32,000 nt of DNA from Caedimonas varicaedens (GCA_001192655.1 BBVC01000007.1:25770-57769); one strand, 5' to 3'; positions 1-8,584 are shown, counted from the stretch's first letter. Numbers and translations: made by a program. The notes: generated by a model from the letters alone, not told the origin.

Positions 1-19
1 TTTTTAAGAGGATTATTCC

Positions 20-388
20 ATGACCTATTCATTAGATTTTAGACTTCGTGTTTTATCTGTAAAAAAGAAGAAAAATTTGAGTTTTGCTGAAACGGCGGAT
101 CTCTTTGGTGTTGGAGTGACCAGTCTTGTCAGATGGGTCAAGAAGCCTGAGCCTCAGACACATCGTCATAAACCAGCCACTAAGCTTAATATGGATGCCC
201 TTAAAGAAGATATACAGCTTTATCCTGATGCTTATCAGTACGAGAGAGCAGAACGTCTTGGTGTGAGCTCTATGGGGATATGGCACGCTTTAAAACGCTT
301 GAATGTGACCTATAAAAAAAACGCTCAAACATCCCAAGGCCGATCCAGAAAAGCGTGCTACTTTTTGTCAAGAGCTGAAAGCTTATGA
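20..388 (+). CDS. IS630-family transposase, N-terminal HTH part (first frame of a two-frame gene)
   Basis: 122-aa ORF whose MTYSLDFRLRVL...SFAETADLFGVGVTSLVRWVKK matches an IS630/Tc1 helix-turn-helix N-terminus. The frame ends shortly after an A8 run (314-321). The second frame is open from 309. Confidence 0.75.
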   Translation: MTYSLDFRLRVLSVKKKKNLSFAETADLFGVGVTSLVRWVKKPEPQTHRHKPATKLNMDALKEDIQLYPDAYQYERAERLGVSSMGIWHALKRLNVTYKKNAQTSQGRSRKACYFLSRAESL

Positions 389-440
389 AGAAGCAGGGCA
401 TCCTATCATTTCTCTTGATGAATCTGGATTTGCACACCAT

Positions 441-845
441 ATGCCACGCACTCATGGTTATTCTCCAAAAGGAAAGAGATGTGAGGGGATTCATGATTGG
501 GGAGCAAAGGGACGAACGAATGTCATCGGCGCCTTATTCCAAGGTCTGCTATTGACCGTGAGCTTGTTCTGCTTCTCGATTAATACCGAGGTGTTTACAC
601 AATGGATCATTGACGATTTACTTCCGAAACTGCCTCCTAAAAGCGTCCTTATTTTGGATAATGCCACCTTTCATAAGGGAAAAGCGATGCAAAAAGCAAT
701 TGCTGAGGCAGGGCATATCGTGCTGTATCTGCCTCCTTATTCTCCAGACTTTAATCCCATCGAGCATAAATGGGCACAAGCAAAAGCAATTAGACGCAAA
801 AAAAGGTGTTCTATCGAGCAATTATTTCAGGATAATAAAATATGA
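441..845 (+). CDS. IS630-family transposase, DDE catalytic part (second frame; open from 309, first ATG at 441)
   Basis: From 315 the frame reads KKTLKHPKADPEKRATFCQELKAYEEAGHPIISLDESGFAHHMPRTHGYSPKGKRC...ILDNATFHK...YSPDFNPIEHKW, a typical IS630 DDE region. It continues the first frame if reading shifts +1 in the A8 run. Confidence 0.75.
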   Translation: MPRTHGYSPKGKRCEGIHDWGAKGRTNVIGALFQGLLLTVSLFCFSINTEVFTQWIIDDLLPKLPPKSVLILDNATFHKGKAMQKAIAEAGHIVLYLPPYSPDFNPIEHKWAQAKAIRRKKRCSIEQLFQDNKI

Positions 846-869
846 CCGTTTTATATGTTGTTAGCTATA

Positions 870-1309
870 GGATGCCCTGCTTCTTCATAAGCTTTCAGCT
901 CTTGACAAAAAGTAGCACGCTTTTCTGGATCGGCCTTGGGATGTTTGAGCGTTTTTTTTATAGGTCACATTCAAGCGTTTTAAAGCGTGCCATATCCCCA
1001 TAGAGCTCACACCAAGACGTTCTGCTCTCTCGTACTGATAAGCATCAGGATAAAGCTGTATATCTTCTTTAAGGGCATCCATATTAAGCTTAGTGGCTGG
1101 TTTATGACGATGTGTCTGAGGCTCAGGCTTCTTGACCCATCTGACAAGACTGGTCACTCCAACACCAAAGAGATCCGCCGTTTCAGCAAAACTCAAATTT
1201 TTCTTCTTTTTTACAGATAAAACACGAAGTCTAAAATCTAATGAATAGGTCATGGAATAATCCTCTTAAAAATTATCCATAATATAACCATTTTAAAGGT
1301 TTTTAGCTA
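870..1309 (-). mobile_element. Partial IS630 copy 2 (left ~440 bp of the element), inverted and truncated at an internal TA by copy 1
   Basis: Sequence identical to copy 1 from its internal GGGCATCC (396-403) back to the 5' UTR. It then continues for ~40 bp to the terminus TAGCTA (1304-1309), which is flanked by TA (1310-1311). Confidence 0.8.
885..1253 (-). CDS. IS630-family transposase N-terminal HTH part, duplicate copy (no DDE part downstream)
   Basis: 122-aa product identical to 20..388. Its downstream catalytic part is replaced by the end of copy 1. Confidence 0.7.
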   Translation of the reverse strand: MTYSLDFRLRVLSVKKKKNLSFAETADLFGVGVTSLVRWVKKPEPQTHRHKPATKLNMDALKEDIQLYPDAYQYERAERLGVSSMGIWHALKRLNVTYKKNAQTSQGRSRKACYFLSRAESL

Positions 1310-1313
1310 TATA

Positions 1314-1859
1314 TCCGTGAAGCGAAAATGGTTTATTCTAGCGCTTACTCTAGCCCCCTCAATAGAACAAAAGGATTAAATTGGATTTTGTTTGGATAGA
1401 CAGTACGACCATAAACTTGCCTATGGATCGGGAGGTTTAAAAAAAGACTTCCCTCAATACCTTGGAAGAGGTCGCAGGGGCTAAGCACTAAGGACCTTCT
1501 CCCGGTTTTGTCCATGGAGCTTGCTTATCTAAGGGGTAACGCGGGATATGAAAGACTTTTCACAACTTTGGGACTGTAGGCGATTGGGAAGGTATCCTGT
1601 CTGTCCTTGTGGATAAAAGCTACGACTTTTATGAGGTTCGAAAATGCTTGAAAGAGGCGGGCGAGAAACCTGTCATCCTGCGTAGAGAAAGGGCTGTTTG
1701 CCTAAGCGTACAAGACAAAGAAAGATATCAAACACGTCAAATGTTGAACGCTTCTTTGGAAGAATCTAGGAAAACAAAAGGCTTGCTCTAAGATTCGATA
1801 AAATAGACCTTTCTTCTTTCGCTTCCTTTGATCTTGCTCTGCTTAAACGCTCAATATAA
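1314..1859 (+). pseudogene. IS5-family (IS427/IS1031-like) transposase relic, N-terminally truncated, with several frameshifts and in-frame stops
   Basis: The pieces read NWILFG*TVRP* (DSTxVRAH motif), KRSQGLSTKDL (GRSRGGLSTKIH motif), VDKSYDFYEVRKCLKEAGEKPVI (ADKGYDS...IP motif) and NVERFFGRI*ENKRLALRFDKIDLSSFASFDLALLK (the C-terminal ERFFxxLKxxRRxAxRYDK motif). The stop TAG lies at 1767-1769. ORF 1609..1791 is one fragment of it. Confidence 0.6.
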
Positions 1860-1888
1860 CCTACTTAATAGTGACAGAGAATTAAAAA

Positions 1889-1916
1889 ATGATCCTTGAA
1901 TATTTTCAAGGATCAT
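1889..1916 (-). terminator. Rho-independent terminator of ihfB (bidirectional hairpin)
   Basis: Perfect 12-bp stem ATGATCCTTGAA / TTCAAGGATCAT with a 4-nt loop. A-run on one side and T-run on the other. It sits 19 nt downstream of the ihfB stop. Confidence 0.6.
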
Positions 1917-1934
1917 AAAAAAATAAACCAGAGA

Positions 1935-2216
1935 TTAGCGCGTATTAAGACGATCACGCAACTGCTTGCCGGCTTTAAAGAAAGGGACTTTTTTTGGTTC
2001 CACTTTTACAGGTTGACCCGTGCGAGGATTGCGTCCCAGGCGAGAACGGCGATCACGAGTTGTAAAAACTCCAAATCCGCGAAGTTCAACCCGACACCCT
2101 TTTGCAAGCGCCGATGTAATTTCATCCAGGATAATAGAGACACTTTTTTCTGCTTGAGCAACTGTCAAGTGAGAATTCAACTGTGTTAATCTTTGAACAA
2201 GTTCAGAACGCGTCAC
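1935..2216 (-). CDS. ihfB: Integration host factor subunit beta
   Basis: 93 aa. [10 protein letters not shown]..., RGFGVF, GRNPRTG and [12 protein letters not shown] match the IHF-beta pattern (MTKSELIERL, RGFGSF, GRNPKTG, HFKPGKELRDR). Confidence 0.9.
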   Translation of the reverse strand: MTRSELVQRLTQLNSHLTVAQAEKSVSIILDEITSALAKGCRVELRGFGVFTTRDRRSRLGRNPRTGQPVKVEPKKVPFFKAGKQLRDRLNTR

Positions 2217-2405
2217 CAGAACCTCCCTAATTATTTACTTTATTATCTAATTTTTAGAAGAAATCATCTTCAATACTGGAAGCGTGCCAAAACTTGCAAC
2301 TCCCGTCAAGCTTTATTAGAATTGACTCTGGAGATTATATTTTTATGGTCAACGATATAACCTTTCATCTTTCAAATAATAAAAGCCTTAAGATAATTTA
2401 ATTTT

Positions 2406-3401
2406 CTACATGGATTTTTTATAATGCATTGATAATGTGGAAGTAAATTCTTCCAAATCCTTAAAAAGCTGGTGTCGAAATGTGTCTTGTTCGATAAAAA
2501 TATTATGACGCGCTTTATCATAAGTTTTAATCTGGCACTGAGAGATATGAGAGCAAAGAAAAGGGTCTTCGGAATTATCGACGACCATTTCTTGACCTGC
2601 CCTGATGATCATGACAGGCACTGAAATCTTTTTAAGAGAAGAGGGTGTGTTCACAAGATCGATTGATTTAAATGTCTCATAGGCCCATCCAAAAGTAGGG
2701 CCAGCAGTGACCAGGGACATTTTAGACAGATTGAGGTCAAGTTGACGTTGATAACGCACAAGATCAGTTGTTCCTACTTTTTTAGGGTCTATCTTCTGGT
2801 TGGGGTTATAATCTCCATAACCAAACGCATAAGCGTTTCCAAAACCTAGCCACGTAGCTGTGGTGACTATAAGTCGTCCTAACCAGCACGGATAAGGATT
2901 TGTGTGAATATTGAGCATGGGCGCAATAAGAAAGGCCCCCGCAACCTTATTGGGTTTTTCTTCAAGATAGCGCAAGGCAAGATGTCCCCCCATAGAGATT
3001 CCCATGAGAATAAGAGGTTGGGAGTTTTCAGACTTAATTTGGGTGCGAATAATGTAATCCAAATCGTTAATATAGGTCTCATAAGAGTCGATATGAACTT
3101 TTTGAGTATTAGAAGAGATAAGCCTGCTGGATCCCCCTGAACCTCGCCAGTCAAAAGTCCAGACTTCATAACCAAGGTTACGCAGATCTTCAATCGTTTC
3201 ATCAAATTTTTCAATATAGGAAGAACGGCCTTGCAAAAGTAAAATAGTGGCAGGATGCGTTGAGGGACGATGAGGCAGCCAATGTGCCAGACGGATATGA
3301 GCATCATCAGGAAGAATCATTTTTTGGGTTTCTGCGGCTTTTGTCTCAGCCAAACATATAAAAATGGTCAATAATGCAAAGTAAAATTTGATAAAGTGCA
3401 T
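2406..3401 (-). CDS. Alpha/beta-hydrolase, lysophospholipase L2 (PldB)-like, with N-terminal signal peptide
   Basis: 331 aa. Hydrophobic N-terminus ending AETKA. LLLQGRSSYIEKFDETIEDLRNLGYEVWTFDWRGSGGS resembles the PldB GRxESxxKYxE...DHRGQGRS region. Nucleophile elbow GISMGG. Confidence 0.65.
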   Translation of the reverse strand: MHFIKFYFALLTIFICLAETKAAETQKMILPDDAHIRLAHWLPHRPSTHPATILLLQGRSSYIEKFDETIEDLRNLGYEVWTFDWRGSGGSSRLISSNTQKVHIDSYETYINDLDYIIRTQIKSENSQPLILMGISMGGHLALRYLEEKPNKVAGAFLIAPMLNIHTNPYPCWLGRLIVTTATWLGFGNAYAFGYGDYNPNQKIDPKKVGTTDLVRYQRQLDLNLSKMSLVTAGPTFGWAYETFKSIDLVNTPSSLKKISVPVMIIRAGQEMVVDNSEDPFLCSHISQCQIKTYDKARHNIFIEQDTFRHQLFKDLEEFTSTLSMHYKKSM

Positions 3402-3560
3402 ATTTTCAAATCTCTCCCTTTTTCACAGACTAAAAATCTTATTATTGCAACCCAAATTAGCAGATTCCTATTGGGTGTAAAGTTGAAAATTTCTCTAAAA
3501 GATTCATTACATAATTGCTTAATAAATTGAATTTTAGTAAAATTCTAGGCAATAAGAAGA

Positions 3561-4760
3561 ATGAACGAGATGCAGATATTTTTTAGAAAAATTTTATTCG
3601 CTGTCATTATATTTTTAGGGTCGTCTTTTGTTTGGGCAGGCTGTGATCTCTTAATTGTTGCTTATGATAATGGCGATGCTTTGGCAATGAAAGCTGTAAC
3701 ACAAGAGTTAGACCTTAGAATTAAAAAAGGTGAGAAGTTTAACTATAAGATTTTGGCTTTTGGAAATTCTGCTGCAAAATTTGAGGCTCATCCTCACTTA
3801 TTAGAAGTGAAGAATTGTGAGGGTTTTTCAACTAAACTTCCTTTAAAATGGAAGAGAAATTCAATTTTTCCTGAGGAAACAATAGATTGTATTGTTAAAA
3901 GTGCTGATCCCAAAAAATTGATGATTGGTTTAGCATCTTTTTTACAAGCTCAATTTGCTCAAAAAGCTTCCAAGAAGAATATTGAGACAATCGGTTTCTA
4001 TGATGCTTTCCATAATCCTTCTGATCTCACAAATGACTTTGATGTAACTGTGCGTGAGGTCGTCAAGTCTGTTAATAATATCATTGTTCCTTATCAGGCT
4101 TTGCGAGAATCATTTCAGAATCTCAATTCTCGCGCTGCAATCCATGTATTGGGACAGCCTACTTATGAAACATGGACGCAGGACGTAGAAAAATATAGTC
4201 CTGAAAACACTTTGAAAAAACTGGGATATGCCCAACAAAGGCCTTCTCAGGTTATTGTATTTTCAGGAGGATATGATGATGTTTATAAGAAGTCTTTTGA
4301 AAATATTTTAGTAAAGGCACTTCCTCTTCTGAAAAATACTGAAATCCTTATCACCCTTCATCCTAAATTAAAAACGGATGATTCTTATGAAAAATCTAGG
4401 ATTGGAGATTATAAAAACGTTCGTGTTTTATTGCCCAGAACTCCAGAAAATCCGGACGGTTTTACGACAGAAGAAGTTTCTGGGGTTGCAGATGTTATAG
4501 TTTGTGTGCGCTCAACCACAGGCATTAAGGCAGCGCTGGCAGGACAGCCTGTTGTCTATATTGATGTTGATCCTGAAAATTATACGAATCCTCTTATTGA
4601 AAAGGGAGTAGTCTCTCAGGTTTCAACGCCTGAGGCTTTAATACAAGCCCTTAATCGAGTTCACAAGTCACAGAAAACAATAGAACAACTTGCAAAACAG
4701 ATAGAGATGCCTGTTCACGCAGATAAAAAAATTGCAGATTATCTGATAGAAGAAAGATAA
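3561..4760 (+). CDS. Hypothetical membrane-anchored or exported protein, possibly GT-B-fold glycosyltransferase-like
   Basis: 399 aa with an N-terminal hydrophobic segment (ILFAVIIFLGSSFVWAGC). A Rossmann-like start (LLIVAYDNGDA) and a C-terminal half (VIVFSGGYDD ... ADVIVCVRSTTGIKAALAGQPVVYID) are reminiscent of LpxB/MurG-type GT-B enzymes. The similarity is weak and motif-level only. Confidence 0.35.
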   Translation: MNEMQIFFRKILFAVIIFLGSSFVWAGCDLLIVAYDNGDALAMKAVTQELDLRIKKGEKFNYKILAFGNSAAKFEAHPHLLEVKNCEGFSTKLPLKWKRNSIFPEETIDCIVKSADPKKLMIGLASFLQAQFAQKASKKNIETIGFYDAFHNPSDLTNDFDVTVREVVKSVNNIIVPYQALRESFQNLNSRAAIHVLGQPTYETWTQDVEKYSPENTLKKLGYAQQRPSQVIVFSGGYDDVYKKSFENILVKALPLLKNTEILITLHPKLKTDDSYEKSRIGDYKNVRVLLPRTPENPDGFTTEEVSGVADVIVCVRSTTGIKAALAGQPVVYIDVDPENYTNPLIEKGVVSQVSTPEALIQALNRVHKSQKTIEQLAKQIEMPVHADKKIADYLIEER

Positions 4761-4779
4761 ATACACTCCTCATCTTTTG

Positions 4780-6876
4780 TTATCCAGCCTGAAGAAATCG
4801 CATAGCACTTTCTTTTCCAAAAAGAGCGAGAAGGAGTCTTGCCGCTTGACCTCTTGGACTTGCAAGCATAGGGTCTTGTGCCAAAAGCGCATCTGATTCT
4901 TGCTGAGCCAGTAAAAAGAGATCCTTGTGAATTGTGAAATCCACAAGATAAAAATTAGGCATTCCGCTTTGCCGAAGCCCCAAAGCATCTCCCCCTCCGC
5001 GAAGCCGCAAGTCTTCCTCGGCAATTTTGAAGCCATCTGTGGTTGAGCGCAGGACATTGATTCTTGCTTTTGCAATCTCATTAAGAGGTGTTTGATAGAG
5101 CAAGACACATGAAGAGGACTGGGATCCGCGACCAATACGACCGCGCAGTTGATGAAGCTGTGATAATCCAAAGCGTTCTGCGTGCTCAATCACCATAATG
5201 GTGGCATCTTCTACATGAACGCCAACTTCTACGACAGTTGTCGCTACGAGAATTTGAAGGTCTCTTTCCTTAAATTGCTCCATTATTTTATCTTTTTCCT
5301 GGGACTTTAAACGACCATGCACCAATCCTGTAATGCCTGGAAATTTTTTTTCCAGGAGATGAAAGCGATCCTCGGCAGCAGCCAGATCAAGCACTTCTGA
5401 TTCTTCTACAAGTGGACAGATCCAATAAACTTTTGCTCCTTTTTGAACCACACGGGTAATACCCTGAAAAATTTCTTCAACGCGATTAAGAGGAATTGCC
5501 TTTGTTTGAACTTCTTGCCGCCCTGCCGGTTTTTCATGAAGATAAGAACAGGCTAAATCGCCATAAGTGGCAAGCATTAAAGTTCTGGGGATAGGTGTTG
5601 CAGTCATAGAAAGAACATCAACATGCTGCCCTTTTTCTGCCAATTTTAGGCGTTGTTCCACTCCAAAACGATGCTGTTCATCAACAACAATAAAACCTAA
5701 ATTATGAAAAGAAACAGCTTCCTGTACTAAGGCGTGTGTCCCGACTATTATTTGTAGGGAACCTGATTTTAAACGCTCATACTTTTCTTTTTTTATCTTG
5801 ACCGAATCCTTTCCCAAAAGAACATCCAGTGTAATTCCCGCCGCTTCTGCCCACGACATCATCGTTTGAGCATGTTGTTTGGCCAGAATTTCTGTGGGAG
5901 CCAAAAGAGCAACCTGAAACCCTGCTTCAACAGCTTTGACCATACTCAAAAAAGCCACAATCGTTTTCCCTGAACCGACATCTCCCTGGAGTAATCGAAC
6001 CATGCGATGGGGACTTTTCATATCCTGTTCTATCTCTTCCAGGGCATTGAGTTGGTCACACGTTAGCTTGAAAGGCAACGTATCCAGAATTTTTTGTTGC
6101 AAAACATGGGTAGGGAAAGTCTGTTGACCGTTTTGATAAGTTTGAGCTCGCCTGACAATAGTGAGAGCCAGCTGATTGGCAAATAATTCATCGAAAGCGA
6201 GTCGTTTGCGATCCCCGTGCGAAGAAAGACTTTCTGATTCATGAGAAGGAAAATGGGCTTGTCTGAGCGCTTCATGCCATGACCGCCAATGATGGATTTG
6301 GAGAGTTTCAGCAGAAATCCATTCCGGGAGCGGTTGAACTTTTTCCAGAGCCAGCAGAATCATTTTGCGAAGCTGTTTCTGACTTATTCCCTGTGTAAGT
6401 GCATAGATAGGCTCTACACCCTGCCAGTCTTTGAGAGTCTCAAGAGAGCCGATATGATCGGGATGTGTCATCTGGAATTTTCCCTGATAATTTTCAAATT
6501 TACCGCTGATGACGCGCGTTTCTCCCACGGGTAGGTTTTTTTCGATATAGGACGGGATCGCATTGAAGAAAACGAGATCAAGGAAACGGCTATGATCGCC
6601 TACAGCAACACGATAAGGGCGGCGAGACGCTGTTTTAAATCTCTCTATCGCAGGAAAATGCTGGAGAATCTCGGCTTGAAATGTAATAAGTTCTCCGGGT
6701 ATTGCTTGATTGAGAGAAGAGACAAAATGTCTTTTTTGGGCAGAATACGGCAAATGCCAGAGAAGAGAGAGGATAGTCTTGCATCTCAGACGCTCAAGAG
6801 TGCGCGCCATGTTTGCTCCAACCCCTGAAAGAGATTGGGTTGATGCCATCAAAGGAATCAGACAAGGGGGACGCAT
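4780..6876 (-). CDS. recG: ATP-dependent DNA helicase RecG
   Basis: 698 aa. Walker A GDVGSGKT, DEQHRFGV box, QLRGRIGRG motif VI, and an N-terminal wedge-domain region (LSGVGANMARTLERL). The true start may be the ATG at 6849 (MASTQSL...). Confidence 0.9.
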   Translation of the reverse strand: MRPPCLIPLMASTQSLSGVGANMARTLERLRCKTILSLLWHLPYSAQKRHFVSSLNQAIPGELITFQAEILQHFPAIERFKTASRRPYRVAVGDHSRFLDLVFFNAIPSYIEKNLPVGETRVISGKFENYQGKFQMTHPDHIGSLETLKDWQGVEPIYALTQGISQKQLRKMILLALEKVQPLPEWISAETLQIHHWRSWHEALRQAHFPSHESESLSSHGDRKRLAFDELFANQLALTIVRRAQTYQNGQQTFPTHVLQQKILDTLPFKLTCDQLNALEEIEQDMKSPHRMVRLLQGDVGSGKTIVAFLSMVKAVEAGFQVALLAPTEILAKQHAQTMMSWAEAAGITLDVLLGKDSVKIKKEKYERLKSGSLQIIVGTHALVQEAVSFHNLGFIVVDEQHRFGVEQRLKLAEKGQHVDVLSMTATPIPRTLMLATYGDLACSYLHEKPAGRQEVQTKAIPLNRVEEIFQGITRVVQKGAKVYWICPLVEESEVLDLAAAEDRFHLLEKKFPGITGLVHGRLKSQEKDKIMEQFKERDLQILVATTVVEVGVHVEDATIMVIEHAERFGLSQLHQLRGRIGRGSQSSSCVLLYQTPLNEIAKARINVLRSTTDGFKIAEEDLRLRGGGDALGLRQSGMPNFYLVDFTIHKDLFLLAQQESDALLAQDPMLASPRGQAARLLLALFGKESAMRFLQAG

Positions 6877-6949
6877 AAGAAAAGATATTTCCTTTTTTCA
6901 AGAAGCAAAATATAATCAATATTAAAGAATCGAGCGTGTTATGCAAGCT

Positions 6950-8389
6950 TTAGTGATTTGGAAATATTGCAATCTTAAAATTGAGTTTCCGCCACAAAGT
7001 CGGAATCATTAATGATCCGAAAGATATTATTTGTCCGACATAAAAAGCATCTAACGGCATCGGTTTATAGAAATTCCATAAAACAACCCCCAACAGGACG
7101 CAGAAACAGGAGCACGTGAAGGAGAGAGTAGTTATCATCTGGGGCTTGAACCAACTGATAATGAAGGGGAAAAACATACAAGCGGCGAAAATTCCCTTTA
7201 TCATCCGCCAGGCCATTTCAAAATTTCCTTCATACAGCAAAACAACGAAAAAGGTAAAGGCTCCTGTAATAAGAGAGGAGCAAAGATGTGCCAGAAATTT
7301 GGATTTAAACCGTATAATCCCTAAATCATAAGATAAAACCGTGCTGGAGATGAAAAGAAAAGAATCAAGAGTCGATAAAATCGTCGCAAGGACAGCTCCC
7401 AGGAACAAGCCTTTTAAGCCATTGGGAAGAATTTGAAGACAATACGTTAAAGAAGCATTGAGGGGATTTGCATGGGGAAGACTAGCCTTTGCATAAAGTC
7501 CAATGAGTGTGGTGCAAATATCAAATCCTACCCAAAACAAAATCGATATAAAAATACCACGAACGGCCACTTTATCTGAAGTAGCGCTTAAACACCTTTG
7601 ATAAAAAGTAGGATTTAAAAAAGTAGTAGAGATCGCAATAAAAAACCAGACAAAAGTGTCTGCAACAGAAAAAGATCCACAGAGAGAAAAGTGAGAAGAA
7701 GGACAATGATCCATCAGATATCCTACGCCGCCAAATTGGGAAAAAGAGAGAAGAACGACGGAAATAACACCCGCATACATAAAAATAAATTGGACAAAAT
7801 CTGAAAAAACAATGGCACGAAAACCGCCAAACAAACTGTAAAAAAACACAAAACAAAGCCCTATAAATACGGCCAGAGGAAAAGAAAGGGCAAAAAGTGT
7901 TTTCAGAAAAATACCCACCCCGATGGCATAGGTGACAGGTAAGGTTTTCAGGAAAATAAGAATGGCAGAAAATTGACCAGGGCCAGAGCCAATCAATTTT
8001 GACAGAAGATCCGGAAAGGTGACCACATCCATTTTTCGGACGGCTTTGGCTAAAAACAGGGCAAAAAGAATATAGGAAATATACCAGAAAATTCCTTGGG
8101 TCAGGAAATTATAGATTCCGTGCTGAAAGCTGATTTGAGTTACTCCAAGGATATCCCCATACCAAGTGGCAACAAGCGTTGAGACAAAGAGGGGCAGAGT
8201 CAATTGTCTGCCCATAAGAATATATTCTGCCCAGGAATTTTCTGCTGTTTTATTTTCTTGCCCTGCATATATTCTTTTTTTGACAAACGCTCCGTAAAGA
8301 ACAGACAGTAAAGTGATCCCAATAGTGAAAAGAAATATAAGGCAATCCCAGAAGTTCAGGAAAGACCAAACAGCAACATCCTGTGACAT
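6950..8389 (-). CDS. Sodium:solute symporter (SSF, PanF/PutP-like) family transporter under TPP-riboswitch control; candidate thiamine or thiamine-precursor importer
   Basis: 479 aa and highly hydrophobic with ~12-13 predicted TM segments. SSF-like N-terminal block (AEYILMGRQLTLPLFVSTLVATWYG). Preceded by an AGGAG SD and the THI-box RNA at 8480..8568. Confidence 0.7.
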   Translation of the reverse strand: MSQDVAVWSFLNFWDCLIFLFTIGITLLSVLYGAFVKKRIYAGQENKTAENSWAEYILMGRQLTLPLFVSTLVATWYGDILGVTQISFQHGIYNFLTQGIFWYISYILFALFLAKAVRKMDVVTFPDLLSKLIGSGPGQFSAILIFLKTLPVTYAIGVGIFLKTLFALSFPLAVFIGLCFVFFYSLFGGFRAIVFSDFVQFIFMYAGVISVVLLSFSQFGGVGYLMDHCPSSHFSLCGSFSVADTFVWFFIAISTTFLNPTFYQRCLSATSDKVAVRGIFISILFWVGFDICTTLIGLYAKASLPHANPLNASLTYCLQILPNGLKGLFLGAVLATILSTLDSFLFISSTVLSYDLGIIRFKSKFLAHLCSSLITGAFTFFVVLLYEGNFEMAWRMIKGIFAACMFFPFIISWFKPQMITTLSFTCSCFCVLLGVVLWNFYKPMPLDAFYVGQIISFGSLMIPTLWRKLNFKIAIFPNH

Positions 8390-8479
8390 TGTATAAAAGG
8401 CTCCTCTTTCTCAATATTTTTGAAAAGAGGAAAAGGGAGCGACAAATAAAACGCCCCTATCAGAAACGAGACGCTATTC

Positions 8480-8568
8480 TTACCCAATTCCTCCGCCAGT
8501 ATGACCTGGATCAGGTTCGCGGGTTAGCTTTCGCCTCTCAGCCTTTTGTAAGGCACTCCGTTGAGTAA
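8480..8568 (-). ncRNA. TPP (thiamine pyrophosphate, THI-box) riboswitch aptamer
   Basis: The minus strand reads UUACUCAA CGGAGUGCC UUACAAAA GGCUGAGAG GCGAAAGC UAACCCGCGAACCUGAUCCAGGUCAUACUGGCGGAGGAA UUGGGUAA. The conserved CUGAGA, ACCUGAUC-GG-AUAC-GGCG and GGA blocks are present. P1 is 8 bp. The downstream hairpin CCUCUUU/AAAGAGG (8403..8430) includes the SD. Confidence 0.85.
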
Positions 8569-8584
8569 AACCTATTTCAGGGTC

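Larger units (their letters stand above)
1..867 (+). mobile_element. IS630/Tc1-mariner family insertion sequence, copy 1 (left terminus lies just outside the window)
   Basis: Two-frame transposase with an HTH N-terminus and a DDE part (ILDNATFHK, YSPDFNPIEHKW). The right terminus ...GTTGTTAGCTA ends at 867 and is followed by TA (868-869). The same terminus recurs inverted at 1304-1309 and at both ends of the MITE at 23494/23593. Confidence 0.8.
1..1272. repeat. Perfect inverted repeat of ~405 bp (1..405 versus 868..1272) separated by ~460 bp
   Basis: The ORFs 20..388(+) and 885..1253(-) are identical at protein level in the track. Reading the nucleotides, 1..405 is the reverse complement of 868..1272, including the 5' UTR and the T8/A8 run. 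Confidence 0.85.

Noticed and set aside
1608-1616. Perfect DnaA box (TGTGGATAA) and DnaA-box-like TTATCCATA in the IS630 subterminal regions (1274-1282, 23477-23485)
   Set aside because: These are single, isolated boxes inside transposon relics. There is no cluster, no AT-rich unwinding element and no dnaA/dnaN context, so there is no evidence for an origin.
2879-3307. Antisense or out-of-frame ORFs nested in well-supported genes (also 5936..6127, 7572..7856, 11569..11937, 12318..12668, 16359..16606, 21960..22226, 23639..24076, 24528..24767, 28616..28963 and others in the track)
   Set aside because: All lie entirely inside, or opposite to, genes with strong family signatures. They have low-complexity or biased translations and no SD. 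These are ordinary shadow ORFs.
8383-8568. 61-aa ORF on the plus strand in the transporter-lysR intergenic region
   Set aside because: It lies exactly antisense to the TPP riboswitch and its expression platform. It has no SD, and its length is explained by the RNA element. Not a gene.
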